DNA of 64,000 bases from Nitrosopumilaceae archaeon. GTDB lineage: Archaea > Thermoproteota > Nitrososphaeria > Nitrososphaerales > Nitrosopumilaceae. Each line of letters begins with the position of its first letter. Positions within the stretch are counted from its first letter, which is position 1. The DNA lies in contig CBDCCK010000002.1 in the NCBI GenBank assembly GCA_965214835.1, positions 832,001-896,000 on the forward strand. The letters are read 5' to 3'. The position numbers and the translations under genes are program-made. The notes under the pieces are model-generated. The model made no database searches, was not told the DNA's origin, and worked only from the letters and a program-made list of their open reading frames with translations. Below, piece after piece: positions 20,164-29,581 of the stretch.

Positions 20164-21483
20164 CTATTCGATTGGGGCTATTTTTGAAAGATCTACGTCA
20201 AACCTGTCTGATATCTGCGATGCGATTTTCTTCCTGATTTCTTTATCTGCAGGTCCATATATCAAAAACTTGTCTACATCCCTGCCTGAAATTGGCGAGA
20301 ACGTATCAAAGTCATAAACATCATCACCGACCCTAAACAATATCTCCCCTTTTTTGAACAGCTTGTTCTTTATTGTTGATTTAAAGAAAATCACCTCATG
20401 TGGCTCTAAATTAAGAGAATTGCTTATTTCAAGCGCAATTTCGTTAAAATCACCTGACTTCATTTTCATAAACCTTCCCTCTACATCTGCTGCGTTTTCT
20501 AGATCCTTTGGAGCAAACTCACAGGCACGTTTGAGCAATTTTCTCTTCCTGATGTTGACGAGAATCAGCTTGGATGTTTTTGCATCATCGCTATCAATGA
20601 TTTTGTTGTAGGTTGAATAATCATCAAGGGAGGTGTAAAATTTCAAAAATTCTGGGTTGTCTTTATCTGGGTTGAATTTTAGTAGATTTTCATCAAAAAT
20701 CTTTTCATCGTAAATTGCAATTTCAAGTGCCTTGAGAAACATCTGGTCTGCGGCCAGCCTTGCATGGTGCGTATAGACTTGAACATGCATCAAGTATCGT
20801 GCCAGCCTGTAATTTTCAAGTGCGTCCTTTCCTTTCTTGCTGATGCAAATTCTAGAACCTTTTGGTGTTGAAGTAAGCGTGTGTAAAATTCGGTTAAAGT
20901 CAAACTGCCCATATGCAACACCAATATGGTATGAATCTCGCCTGAGATAGTCTAACTTGTCTGCATCAATACCGCTTGAAATAATGTCTGCCTGAAGTGG
21001 CTTTTCGGATTCTTTGTAGGATTCCTTTTTTTCTAGCAATTCTATGATTTCGTTTTTCTTTTCGCCTAGAATTGAGTCTAATTCTGAGTCTTCTTTAATT
21101 ATGATTCTTGAAATTTTTTCATGGGATTCTGAAATCGTAGGATTAGCCTTCTCTATTACTGCCTCAAACAAGTGAGAGAATGGACCATGGCCAAGATCAT
21201 GCATTAGGCACGAACATCTGATTCTTTCAATATCGTCTCGTTTGGTAAATCCCAGCTCGCGTGCCATTATGTTTGATACATATAATGCCCCTATGGAATG
21301 CTCAAATCTGGTATGTACTGATGACGGATATGCAACATATGCATGGGAAAGCTGTTTGATAAACTGTAATCTTCTAAAGACTTCTGCGTCTATGATTTTG
21401 GTTTCTAGTTCTGAAAGATCAACAAATCCGTAGAGAGGATCTCTGATTGCTTTGGCTCTAAAATAGCTGTTAGGCATAGACAA
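20164..21483 (-). CDS. HD-domain phosphohydrolase, SAMHD1/YwfO dNTPase-like
   Basis: RDPLYG, RRLQFIKQL, HTRFEHSIG, HDLGHGPFSH, DADKLDYLRRD and VYTHH motifs; low GC, intact. Confidence 0.9.
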   Translation of the reverse strand: MSMPNSYFRAKAIRDPLYGFVDLSELETKIIDAEVFRRLQFIKQLSHAYVAYPSSVHTRFEHSIGALYVSNIMARELGFTKRDDIERIRCSCLMHDLGHGPFSHLFEAVIEKANPTISESHEKISRIIIKEDSELDSILGEKKNEIIELLEKKESYKESEKPLQADIISSGIDADKLDYLRRDSYHIGVAYGQFDFNRILHTLTSTPKGSRICISKKGKDALENYRLARYLMHVQVYTHHARLAADQMFLKALEIAIYDEKIFDENLLKFNPDKDNPEFLKFYTSLDDYSTYNKIIDSDDAKTSKLILVNIRKRKLLKRACEFAPKDLENAADVEGRFMKMKSGDFNEIALEISNSLNLEPHEVIFFKSTIKNKLFKKGEILFRVGDDVYDFDTFSPISGRDVDKFLIYGPADKEIRKKIASQISDRFDVDLSKIAPIE

Positions 21484-22021
21484 GGTTCAGATTTTGAAGT
21501 AGTTCGAGTCCAGTCATTGCATCCTCTTGAGAAATATTCCAGTCAAAGTCTTTTGCAATTGTTTTTACGTCTTCTGCTGAAAACTTGTCTTTGAGTCGGG
21601 ATTCTGAATTTATCAAAATGTAGTGGGCCTTTGCTGCATATGATAGCGGTGTTGGCCTTAGTTTGCAGTGTTCTTTGCATACGCGGACGGTTTTAGAAAT
21701 TGTTTCGTATTCTTTTGGGTATTTTCTCATTGCAGTTTCGGCGTATTTGATTCCGTCTTCTGTTAACTTGTAATTGTAGGTTTCATAGTAGCCTGAAATG
21801 ATGTTTTGATCAATGTATGAAAATTCAGACATGTCTTCCAGTGCGACTGATACTTCCCTGCTGAACGGACCATAGAAATAATGAGTATAGCCTGAAATGT
21901 CCAGATTCTTGATCGTAACTGTATGAAAGTAGACCAGTTTCTGAATTGCTGTTCTGCCTGCCATTTTGTCACCATTTGCATGAATAGTCAGTGCAATAGC
22001 GTCAAAAACATCCAATCCCAT
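21470..22021 (-). CDS. YwgA-like winged-helix protein
   Basis: GRTAIQKLVYF...YFYGPFSREV...YKLTEDG; overlaps the HD gene. Confidence 0.7.
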   Translation of the reverse strand: MGLDVFDAIALTIHANGDKMAGRTAIQKLVYFHTVTIKNLDISGYTHYFYGPFSREVSVALEDMSEFSYIDQNIISGYYETYNYKLTEDGIKYAETAMRKYPKEYETISKTVRVCKEHCKLRPTPLSYAAKAHYILINSESRLKDKFSAEDVKTIAKDFDWNISQEDAMTGLELLQNLNLVYA

Positions 22022-22474
22022 GCAACATCAAAAAGAATTGTGCGGATTTAAGACTATTGATGGCTTTTTATTTGATATGAATGTAACCGCAGATTGACAA
22101 AGCATGGGTCATATTTCTAGGTGGGACTGATGCCGGCGATGTTCTCTTATGCAAAAACTAGATCCGCCTAAAACCAAGATGATGATCGCCAAATGCCTGA
22201 GACCGTATTGATCGCGCAAAGACGCGGTATGGAGAATGACGGCCAAGGGGCCAATACGCCGTGCGTGGCAATGAATTGGAAAGAGCGTCAGAAAGAGTCA
22301 TCCTACAACCTGCTCTAGGACTTTTCCCCAATGAATGCATTCATCCCAGTCTTCTTTGGCTCCCGGTCTTCCGTTTTTGCCAGATTTTTCAGCACATTTT
22401 GCCTTTAACTGAATCATTGGGGTTCTGTGTAATCTTCGTGATATGGATCTTCTGAATTGAGCCTAACCTGTTCT

Positions 22475-22583
22475 CTTGGGTACTCTGGTAAATCTCCGGG
22501 GTTTTTCAGCACGTAAATGACATTGAGGGCATATTCTACTACAGAGCTTGGGTACTCTGGTAAATCTCCGGGGTTTTTCAGCA
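22475..22583. repeat. Two identical 37-bp direct repeats separated by 35 bp (mini-array-like)
   Basis: CTTGGGTACTCTGGTAAATCTCCGGGGTTTTTCAGCA at 22475-22511 and 22547-22583. Confidence 0.9.
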
Positions 22584-23550
22584 GGGTATTAAGTTAGGGG
22601 TTTGTAGCGTTGACTTAGGGAGCTGTATGTGACTCGGCCGTGGACTCGTCCCCAAACAGCCGTTTCTGCCCAGATCCGTCAAGGGTGTTCTGGAGCCCGG
22701 ATTTCCTTCTGTTCTTTTTTGCGACTTTTGCTTTTTAGGATGCTTGGATTTTCTCGCTTGTGGTTTTTTCTCTGTCTTGCCAATGCTGGCATCTGACTTG
22801 CCAAGGTATGACTCGGACTGTTTTCCCCAGGGCATTCGTTCAAGATCTCGGCGCAACCTCATCGTCTCTACAGAGACCGTGTTCACCCTTTGGAGTAGGT
22901 CTATGACGTGCTCCTTATGATCGGCAAATTTGTACGTGTTGAATTCTTCTCGGACGCTAGGATCATCACAGGATTTTCCAGATATGACGTTTTTTGGTTC
23001 TTTGTAAAACTCTAGGATCCATTCCAGTGCGCATTTTGAGTTGAATTTGTATTGCAACGCTTCTTTTGGCACTCCTTCAAGCATCGTATTATCATCAATC
23101 ATTATGGCAAAATTCGTAACAGCTCGGGCTCTGGAAGTGATTTATGATTTTAGGCACAAATTACATCTGCGAAGATCCCTTTGGCGATAAAATTCATGCC
23201 TGAACTTCCAGAGCCCGAGCTGTTACCAAAATTCTGAGAGTTGTCTTCTTCTTTCGGTTTTTTCAGCATGAGTCGGGTTTGATTTTTTGCAGTCTTTTTG
23301 TCTGCTCGCTTCAATGGATACTTTTTGGCACATTCAAAGTTGACATGGAGATCATACAGTTTCCTGCCTATCTTCACCCAATCATCGAAATCCTCAGCTA
23401 GTGGAATTCTTAGGAATCTGCGTTGCAGATCATACTTGTATTTTTCTTAGTATTTGGGATCGCTGAAAATGGCATAGGTGTAATAGAATATGTCCTCGTC
23501 TGCTATCGCTTTGTTCCTGTAGTGTTTTTGAAATAACTCCAAACCAAAGT
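22578..23550 (-). pseudogene. Type ISP restriction-modification enzyme, C-terminal specificity-domain remnant
   Basis: EDIFYYTYAIFSDPKY*EKY..DL...F.RIP...GRKLYDLHVNFE...GVPKEALQY...ALEWILE...VIDLLQRV.TVSVET; nonsense codon plus MITE insertion. Confidence 0.8.
23116..23226. mobile_element. MITE family B inserted in the type ISP remnant
   Basis: Perfect 22-bp TIR GTAACAGCTCGGGCTCTGGAAG; 8-bp TSD CAAAATTC. Confidence 0.93.
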
Positions 23551-23683
23551 CAATAGTTCCTCGATGTACTTTTGCAGGCACGATAATTACGCATTGCCGA
23601 TGCGGCCGACTCGTTTGTAAACGATCGCGGAAAGTAGCAGTGGTGCCGTGCCGGGTCTGCAAAAGTACATCTAGGAAGTACTG
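23551..23683. mobile_element. MITE (133 bp, CA ends) at the DUF2075/type ISP fusion junction
   Basis: CAATAGTTCCTCGATGTACTTTTGCAG / CTGCAAAAGTACATCTAGGAAGTACTG; no TSD. Confidence 0.8.
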
Positions 23684-24013
23684 ACATTGGACTATGTCAC
23701 TTTGTAGGTATTGCTTTTCGCCTACCTTGAACTCTATAACAAACACAATGTCTGAGAAGATCAGTATGACATCTGCCCGCTTTCCCATTCTGGGAATGGA
23801 GTACTCAAAAATGATGCTTCCTGAATCCATGCCCCGTAGCTGCTGCTTTAGGATGTCGATCTCGGACATCCACGCATCCACCTAATTTGAGTCCAGATTC
23901 TTATGCTCGTTCCTTGATGTTAGGATGCCAAGTATCTTGCGTGCATCGCCGTCGTTGCCATCACCTAGAAATCTTTTCAGTTCAATAGAATGGTATGATC
24001 TGTTTGCTCTCAA
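23684..24013 (-). pseudogene. Second DUF2075 N-terminal nuclease fragment
   Basis: RSYHS...LDSN*VDAW..EIDILKQQL...FEYSIPRMGKRAD...VIEFK; internal TAG stop. Confidence 0.8.
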
Positions 24014-24327
24014 TCGAAACAAGGTTCTTGGCATGTTGCACAAAAATAAGTCTATTGATAATCCCGACAGTTCCGATTGTGTCTAAAAACACAGCAAAAT
24101 GACACATTTGGTGATTAGCTGTCCCATAGGCAACAGGTAGGGTATAAACCCCAAAAAACCGTCCTGATCCGCTAAGGAAATATCTGCTGAGATGGCATAG
24201 TCAGAACTGCTGTCTGTACCAATATCGGTAGCCTTCTTTTTGTCAAAAGATGTGAAAAAGTACGCTATATTGTTAGCTTTGTGCTTTAGTCTAGCTTTTT
24301 ATTCAGATAGCAACTAGTAATTGTCAG

Positions 24328-24834
24328 ATGTTTGATAGGTTCAAGCGCAATGAAGAGGAAGGAGTAGAGATGACTACCGAAAGAGAGGAAATCCCAGGTG
24401 TCCAGGACACACAGTCCGGGGCGGCATCCGAAGAGGCCGCACCAGAGAGGGTTCCAGACTCGGAGATCGGGATTGTAGGCCTTATTGACAAGAGAGCCAA
24501 GCTCGAAGAGGCCATCGATTATGTCGGCTTGATGATCAAGAGTCTCAAGGACAAGAGGACCAATTTGGAAAAAGAGATCGAGGAGGAATCCGTAGATATC
24601 AAAAACCTCAAGGAAAAGCTAGAGAAGGTAAGTGCCTACATTGAGGAAGAGAACAGGGGAATTCAAGACTTGGCAACAAAGCGCTCAAATGTTGAACAGG
24701 AGGCAGACGAGGTTGCCACTCTGATTAATGGATTAAAAAACCGGCTTTCTGGAATCGACCAGGTAATTGACTCAGAAAAGGCCAATATAAAGAAACTAAA
24801 AGACTCTAAAGAGAATTCAGAGTCGGCATTCTAG
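24328..24834 (+). CDS. Coiled-coil protein
   Basis: Long E/K-rich heptad pattern. Confidence 0.75.
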   Translation: MFDRFKRNEEEGVEMTTEREEIPGVQDTQSGAASEEAAPERVPDSEIGIVGLIDKRAKLEEAIDYVGLMIKSLKDKRTNLEKEIEEESVDIKNLKEKLEKVSAYIEEENRGIQDLATKRSNVEQEADEVATLINGLKNRLSGIDQVIDSEKANIKKLKDSKENSESAF

Positions 24835-25466
24835 AAGACCTTGCTATCGATGGATGGCGATGCCGGCATGTCAGGAAACTTGTCGCTGACAGAGTTTTCT
24901 GCAATGGCTGCTGCCTCCCTAAGAATTCTGTCGGTCTCCTCGTTGCTTGGCGTGTCAACGCCAAATGATGCCTCGCCGGAGAACGTGTCAACCATGAATC
25001 CTCCCAGCATCTCTGCCATGCTGTTGATCTCCTGATCCGCGCCCGGCATGAATTTTGCCAGTGATGACTTCATGCTCTTCATCAGGCCGATTGTCGGCAT
25101 GATTGTCGTGACCGTATCGCCAAGATCGTGGTAGGTGGTCAGCCTCAACTCAATCTGCTCTAATGCCATTCTTGCATTGCCTAAAATTTTAGTGACCTTT
25201 CTGATTTCAGCTAGTTCATTTGATAGAACCTTGCTGGTATGAGCATCATGCTGCTGTGTCGCCTCGACAATTCTTTGAAATATTTTAGAGTCCCTTTCCT
25301 GCAGCTTGTTTAACATGGAATCTAACTTTGAAATTTGCTTTTGCAGCCTCTGTATTGCATTCTGGACTCTGGGCTTGAGCGCGCCCTTTGGTTTGATAAC
25401 ATCTGCAATCTTGTCAGATACAGATGGGGAGGGCGTCTTGGACCACTTGTTCTGGATTCCAGTCAT
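24831..25466 (-). CDS. cdvB: ESCRT-III/Snf7-family CdvB paralogue
   Basis: NELAEIRKV...ALEQIELRLTT..DLGD....PTIG...MP.A..EI; acidic C-terminus. Confidence 0.88.
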   Translation of the reverse strand: MTGIQNKWSKTPSPSVSDKIADVIKPKGALKPRVQNAIQRLQKQISKLDSMLNKLQERDSKIFQRIVEATQQHDAHTSKVLSNELAEIRKVTKILGNARMALEQIELRLTTYHDLGDTVTTIMPTIGLMKSMKSSLAKFMPGADQEINSMAEMLGGFMVDTFSGEASFGVDTPSNEETDRILREAAAIAENSVSDKFPDMPASPSIDSKVF

Positions 25467-25634
25467 GCCTGATGTTTTTGAAATTTGTACTTAATTTCCG
25501 GTGTCAAAGATGGTTCACCGCACATAAAATTTGGCTAACCACGCCTAAATCCAGCTAAGTGAAAAGTACCCCAGCCAGGCAGAAAATCAAGAAATTTAGG
25601 CCATCCTGACAAAACCGGCAGATGCAAACGGATC

Positions 25635-25726
25635 GTATGAGGTCACCTACCCCTGTCAATCAGGCACGAATTGATATCTATGACATGATTTTCACGCCTA
25701 GTCAACAGGGGGACGTGGCCACATAC
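25635..25726. mobile_element. MITE family A diverged copy, preceded by a lone family C end at 25552-25572
   Basis: GTATGAGGTCACCTACCC...GGGGGACGTGGCCACATAC; no TSD. Confidence 0.8.
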
Positions 25727-25817
25727 GAAAAATTTGTTTACATCCCTATTTGTTCACGCCTGATGAATTAAAAAACAGATCAGAAGAGTTTAAAGAAATA
25801 CAAGGTATTCTAATTAT

Positions 25818-26030
25818 ATGAACACACAAGATAAAACATACACTGTAATCATAGAACAAGATGAAGATGGCATGTATATAGCAAAGGTTCCAGACATCTC
25901 AGGTTGTTACACACAGGGAAAAACAGTGACAGAAGTAACAGAAAGAATCAGAGAAGCTATATCAGCTTGTAGTAAAGATGAAAATATTCAACCATTAAAA
26001 TTTGTAGGGCTACAGCAGATTCAAGCATAA
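25818..26030 (+). CDS. hicB: HicB-family antitoxin (short form)
   Basis: YTVIIEQDEDG.YIA.VPDISGCYTQGKT..E....IREAI. Confidence 0.88.
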   Translation: MNTQDKTYTVIIEQDEDGMYIAKVPDISGCYTQGKTVTEVTERIREAISACSKDENIQPLKFVGLQQIQA

Positions 26031-26259
26031 TGAAACTAAATCTTTATCTGGTAAAGATATGTGTAAAATTGTGGAGAAAGTAGGCTTTACAAAAATTCAT
26101 CAAACAGAAAGTCACATAAGATATGTTCATCCTGATGGTCGTAAGACAGTGATTCCAGTACACGGTAATGAAATGCTAGGCAGAGGCTTGATTAACGAAA
26201 TTCTCAGACAAATCAGATTATCTAGAGAAGAATATGAAAAACTCAGACAAAAAATGTAA
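26030..26259 (+). pseudogene. hicA: HicA-family toxin with 5' frameshift and GSH>ESH change
   Basis: ATG overlapping the hicB stop is out of frame by one A (MKL-K-SLSGKDMCK); HPDGRKTVIPVHG...LG.GL..IL motif. Confidence 0.8.
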
Positions 26260-26323
26260 CTCATTAAAAAATCTAAACTATTCAAAGTATTCTTCGTCAA
26301 TCTTCTTAATCTTTGTGTTCTTC

Positions 26324-26445
26324 CAGTTTTCTCAAAAGTCCATCACAGGACGGCTCCAAACCCGAAACAATTCAGGTTAGGCTGCCTGCAGATCCACACG
26401 TCACCATCTGCACCGCCACAAGTCGGATTACATCTAGGAAGACTA
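26324..26445. mobile_element. MITE family F diverged copy
   Basis: Collinear similarity to 6500-6617. Confidence 0.6.
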
Positions 26446-26528
26446 ACCGTTCACCAACCAGGGAATTGGTTAAAAGCGTGCCTGGAGATCAGGGATCTGT
26501 TTACAGGCAGACTGTGTGACGTATATGC

Positions 26529-27005
26529 ATGTACGACAGGCCGATGCCGTCAAACCAAGACATAATGGACGAGGCAGTCAGGAGGCTGATGGATAAAAGC
26601 CCGAGCACGATGTCCGACGAGTCGATCCGCTCCAATTTTTCACATTCCGTCGAGACGCTCTTTAACACCGCATACGAGATATACCGATGGTACGCCCAAA
26701 GGGAGAAGGAGGCCACAATATCCAAAAAGGTAGACAATCTGAGGAAGGACAAGTATGCCGGGGACGAGGTAAAGGCCTTGCTCAGAGAGACGATGGTGGA
26801 CGCGGCCAAGCTGGAGATAAGTCACGAGCAGTCAAGGGAGTCAAGGGCCGACAAGTTATTTGAGATCATAGTAAAGTACCTCCTTGACCGGCTGGGCATA
26901 CCAAGCGAGAGTGTGACGAGGGAGGACAAGGGGTTGGATCTGCGCCACACAGATCTAGTCATCCCCGACAGGGCTGACTTCATCAATTGCTGGCTACAGG
27001 ATTGA
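26529..27005 (+). pseudogene. EcoRII-C-like restriction endonuclease fragment
   Basis: QSRESRADKLFE (compare SRKSRAG..FE)...LGIP...DLVIP; C-terminal catalytic part lost. Confidence 0.6.
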
Positions 27006-27259
27006 ATATGTCGGGGAAACCCTATTCTTATGTCCGGGCGGGTGAGCTCCCTAGCAAGTGCATCCAGAAGGTGTATTGATTTAGAGATTCCCAGTTACCT
27101 AAGGGAAGGTGACCCATACGGAATATCGGCAATCGCTTTTGGTAAAACTAAACGGCGTGAGAGACATGGTCACTAGGTTCTTATCGGCAGTGCCATCTGG
27201 GAGGCAGGTTCTTGCCCGAATCCGGCTAAATTTATTATGGATTCGGATCAATCAGGACT

Positions 27260-27688
27260 ATGAGGGGGAAAATTGCCGTGGCGGCAGGCATACTGGCAGT
27301 CATCGTCGCATTTGTAGGCATCACATCCCTGGATGACGAGGCAAAAGAGGCGCCTCCGTTCCACGTGACCCTGGCAGACCCCACGCTTTATGTCAACGGG
27401 GAATATACGGAGGAGATCAGGCTGGATCAGGGCAGCTACAGGTTCGGATTTGTCCCAAACGGGGACAGTCCGCAGACCCTTTCAATCAGGATTTCAGGAG
27501 AGTCGTTTTCATTCGAGGAGGACTTTGAGCTCAGGGGCACCCTTCATGATACGGGGATCTCGCAGTATCATACCTGGGAATACCTGGGGCAGGATCGGAT
27601 AGAGGTCTCACAGTCCCAGACCCTGCAGATCACAGTCAATCCAAACGGGAACCTGCTAGGCGCAGTATCAGTCAGCCTGATGAGATAA
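27260..27688 (+). CDS. Secreted or membrane-anchored beta-rich protein
   Basis: N-terminal hydrophobic signal; core-like GC. Confidence 0.7.
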   Translation: MRGKIAVAAGILAVIVAFVGITSLDDEAKEAPPFHVTLADPTLYVNGEYTEEIRLDQGSYRFGFVPNGDSPQTLSIRISGESFSFEEDFELRGTLHDTGISQYHTWEYLGQDRIEVSQSQTLQITVNPNGNLLGAVSVSLMR

Positions 27689-27695
27689 AAGGTGG

Positions 27696-27781
27696 GCGTG
27701 ACCCCCCATACAGAACCTCCAGAGATTGCCTCTGATGCAGGATTTCATACCTGCGCCCGTTTTCGTTCTGCGGGATCACGC
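27696..27781 (-). ncRNA. Candidate three-way-junction structured RNA
   Basis: Minus-strand stems GCGUGAUCCC/GGGGUCACGC, GCAGAAC/GUUCUGU, GCAGG/CCUGC and CAGAG/CUCUG; G-U wobbles only on the minus strand; U-tract follows. Confidence 0.5.
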
Positions 27782-27956
27782 AGTTTTAGTCGATAGGAAT
27801 TATATCCATCGGCATTATTTATTATAGAAAATATAACTATTTAACATTTAACCTGATATCTCATATATTATAGCTGGGTTTCTTGTAAAATTTTGGTCTT
27901 AAAACCAAGTTTGTTGAATTTGGAGTAAAAGAAAGTGAAAATTTCACGCCTTTTGA

Positions 27957-28469
27957 TTATTTGACGGTTACCACGCCGACGCGCCATGGATGCAGGGTAC
28001 AAAAGTAGTTGTACACTCCCTCGTCCTCAAAGGGATGCGCGAATCTATCACCGGTCTCAAGAACATCGCTGTTGAAAAAACCGACGACGTTTCCCTTGCC
28101 GTCCTGGCTCTGTACGGTGTGCTCGACCACGTCATCGTTTATCCAGATTACGGTTGTTCCGGCGGCAACCTCCAGGTTCAATGGAAGATAAAATCCCGCG
28201 TTGCCCATGCCGGAGTTTCCATTCGGGATTGTAACGGTGGCGGTCTTGGACTTTGGACTGTCCTGCATGTCTATCACGATCACCCCATGCTCGATCAGGT
28301 ACTTTATGGCGGCAAGAAACTCAGCCTCCGATATGATTCCGTCCCCGTATGCCTTGGCAGTATCCCTGAAAAAATCAGGTACGGACTCGGCAGATATCGC
28401 ATAAGACGTGCCCGTAATCAGGACGGCGCATGCCACAATGACGGTAATTTTGAGGGCATTATTCACCAT
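27957..28469 (-). CDS. Secreted cupredoxin (plastocyanin-like) with thaumarchaeal helical domain
   Basis: WINDD..EHTV...YNYFCTLHPWR copper motif; IS.AEFLAAIKYLI domain. Confidence 0.88.
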   Translation of the reverse strand: MVNNALKITVIVACAVLITGTSYAISAESVPDFFRDTAKAYGDGIISEAEFLAAIKYLIEHGVIVIDMQDSPKSKTATVTIPNGNSGMGNAGFYLPLNLEVAAGTTVIWINDDVVEHTVQSQDGKGNVVGFFNSDVLETGDRFAHPFEDEGVYNYFCTLHPWRVGVVTVK

Positions 28470-28519
28470 GGTTGCTGCTGCATCACGGGATGGATCAAAT
28501 TAGTATGTTTCGCACCATA

Positions 28520-28637
28520 CAGCTAGAAATGTTCTGAAAAATCGGACAAAAACAACAGCTGGGAAAGAAACACGGCGCCTCAAATAAGCCCAGTAACAAG
28601 ACAGAAGCAACAACCCCGTTTACATTTCACTGAGTTG
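28520..28637. mobile_element. MITE family C diverged copy
   Basis: Collinear with the reverse complement of 52943-53053; end TTTACATTTCACTGAGTTG. Confidence 0.65.
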
Positions 28638-28642
28638 CTATA

Positions 28643-29331
28643 CAGCTAGGCCGGGCGTGTAAGCCCGATGCCGGGCGGGCCCCGCAGGGGATCCGTCCGG
28701 CCGCCTGCACGCCTCCCTGAATTTCTGACTCCGGCCAGTACGCGCCCCGCTTGGTTGTGATGGGATGAAGCCTTGTTTCAGAGGGCCGGCTTTTCTGACC
28801 CATCATTGGCAAAATATCCCAGAAGGATTATCGCGTTAAGAAAGACGGCATCCGCTGAAATTCCTGCACTGTTCCGTCAAAAACCACAGACTCTCGGACT
28901 CATTTACAGCGCAGTCAGGAAAAGGCATCCAGAGAACTGTGATGATTCTGTGACTTGCACTTGTGGCAGCAAAGCACAAAAGCCAGAATGGAGGCATCAG
29001 ATACGATGGGCGCTGTAGGATCTGAGGTGTGCCAGAAAAATCAATTACAATAAGGAAACAGGGGAATACTCGGCATGAGGGATCATGTTCCCCCTGCCGG
29101 CTGGGCATGAAAATCACGGCCGTATGCAGTCCGTGCCTGGCTGCCAAGGGGGTGACCCCGCATTCCTCGAGGATCGAAGCTGAATGCAGGATTTGAAGAG
29201 CCTGCAGCAGGCATGAAGGCGGCCCTCGGGCAGCACGGAGTCAGAGCATGCGGCACTGTCCGCTTGCAGGCGGCCGATACGCGCACCGGACGGATCCCCC
29301 TGCAGGGCCCGCCAGGCATCCGGCCTAGCTG
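28643..29331. repeat. Segment bounded by ~90-bp imperfect GC-rich inverted repeats
   Basis: CAGCTAGGCCGG..GATGCC.GGCGGGCCC.GCAGGGG.ATCCGTCCGG..CCGCCTGCA..TCTGACTCCG at 28643-28732, inverted at 29236-29331. Confidence 0.75.
28820..29075 (+). pseudogene. Winged-helix domain remnant of the type found in restriction/HNH enzymes
   Basis: L..IY.AV.K.HP..CDD...C......PEW.HQIRWAL*DL; internal TAG stop. Confidence 0.45.
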
Positions 29332-29362
29332 CAAATTAATAGCCTGTCAGAGAAAAGGAACC

Positions 29363-29581
29363 ATGGGATCAGGACGCAGGAGCAAGGCAAGGCTGATAGT
29401 CCTGCTTGCAGTGATCTGGTTTGTCATAACCCTGCCGCTGCCGTTTATCATAAACAACCCGGACGTCTCAGAAAGGCAGTTTTACACAATCATGGGAATC
29501 ATTGCCATAATGTCGGTTCCGTTTATAGTCCTCGGCACGGTATGGACCATAAGGCCGGAGCTGACCAGGGAAAAGGCATGA
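29363..29581 (+). CDS. Small two-TM protein
   Basis: Two hydrophobic helices; ATGA overlap with cysQ. Confidence 0.65.
   Translation: MGSGRRSKARLIVLLAVIWFVITLPLPFIINNPDVSERQFYTIMGIIAIMSVPFIVLGTVWTIRPELTREKA

Noticed and set aside
19484-23226. Family B copies as a CRISPR array or as a composite transposon around the HD operon
   Set aside because: Copies are irregularly spaced, most have their own TSDs, and the outer flanks do not match
23447-23881. 144-aa ORF as a novel nuclease-RM fusion protein
   Set aside because: Chance read-through across a MITE joining two pseudogene fragments
27730-27770. Hammerhead ribozyme at CTGATG
   Set aside because: Lacks the full CUGANGA core and a correctly placed GAAA
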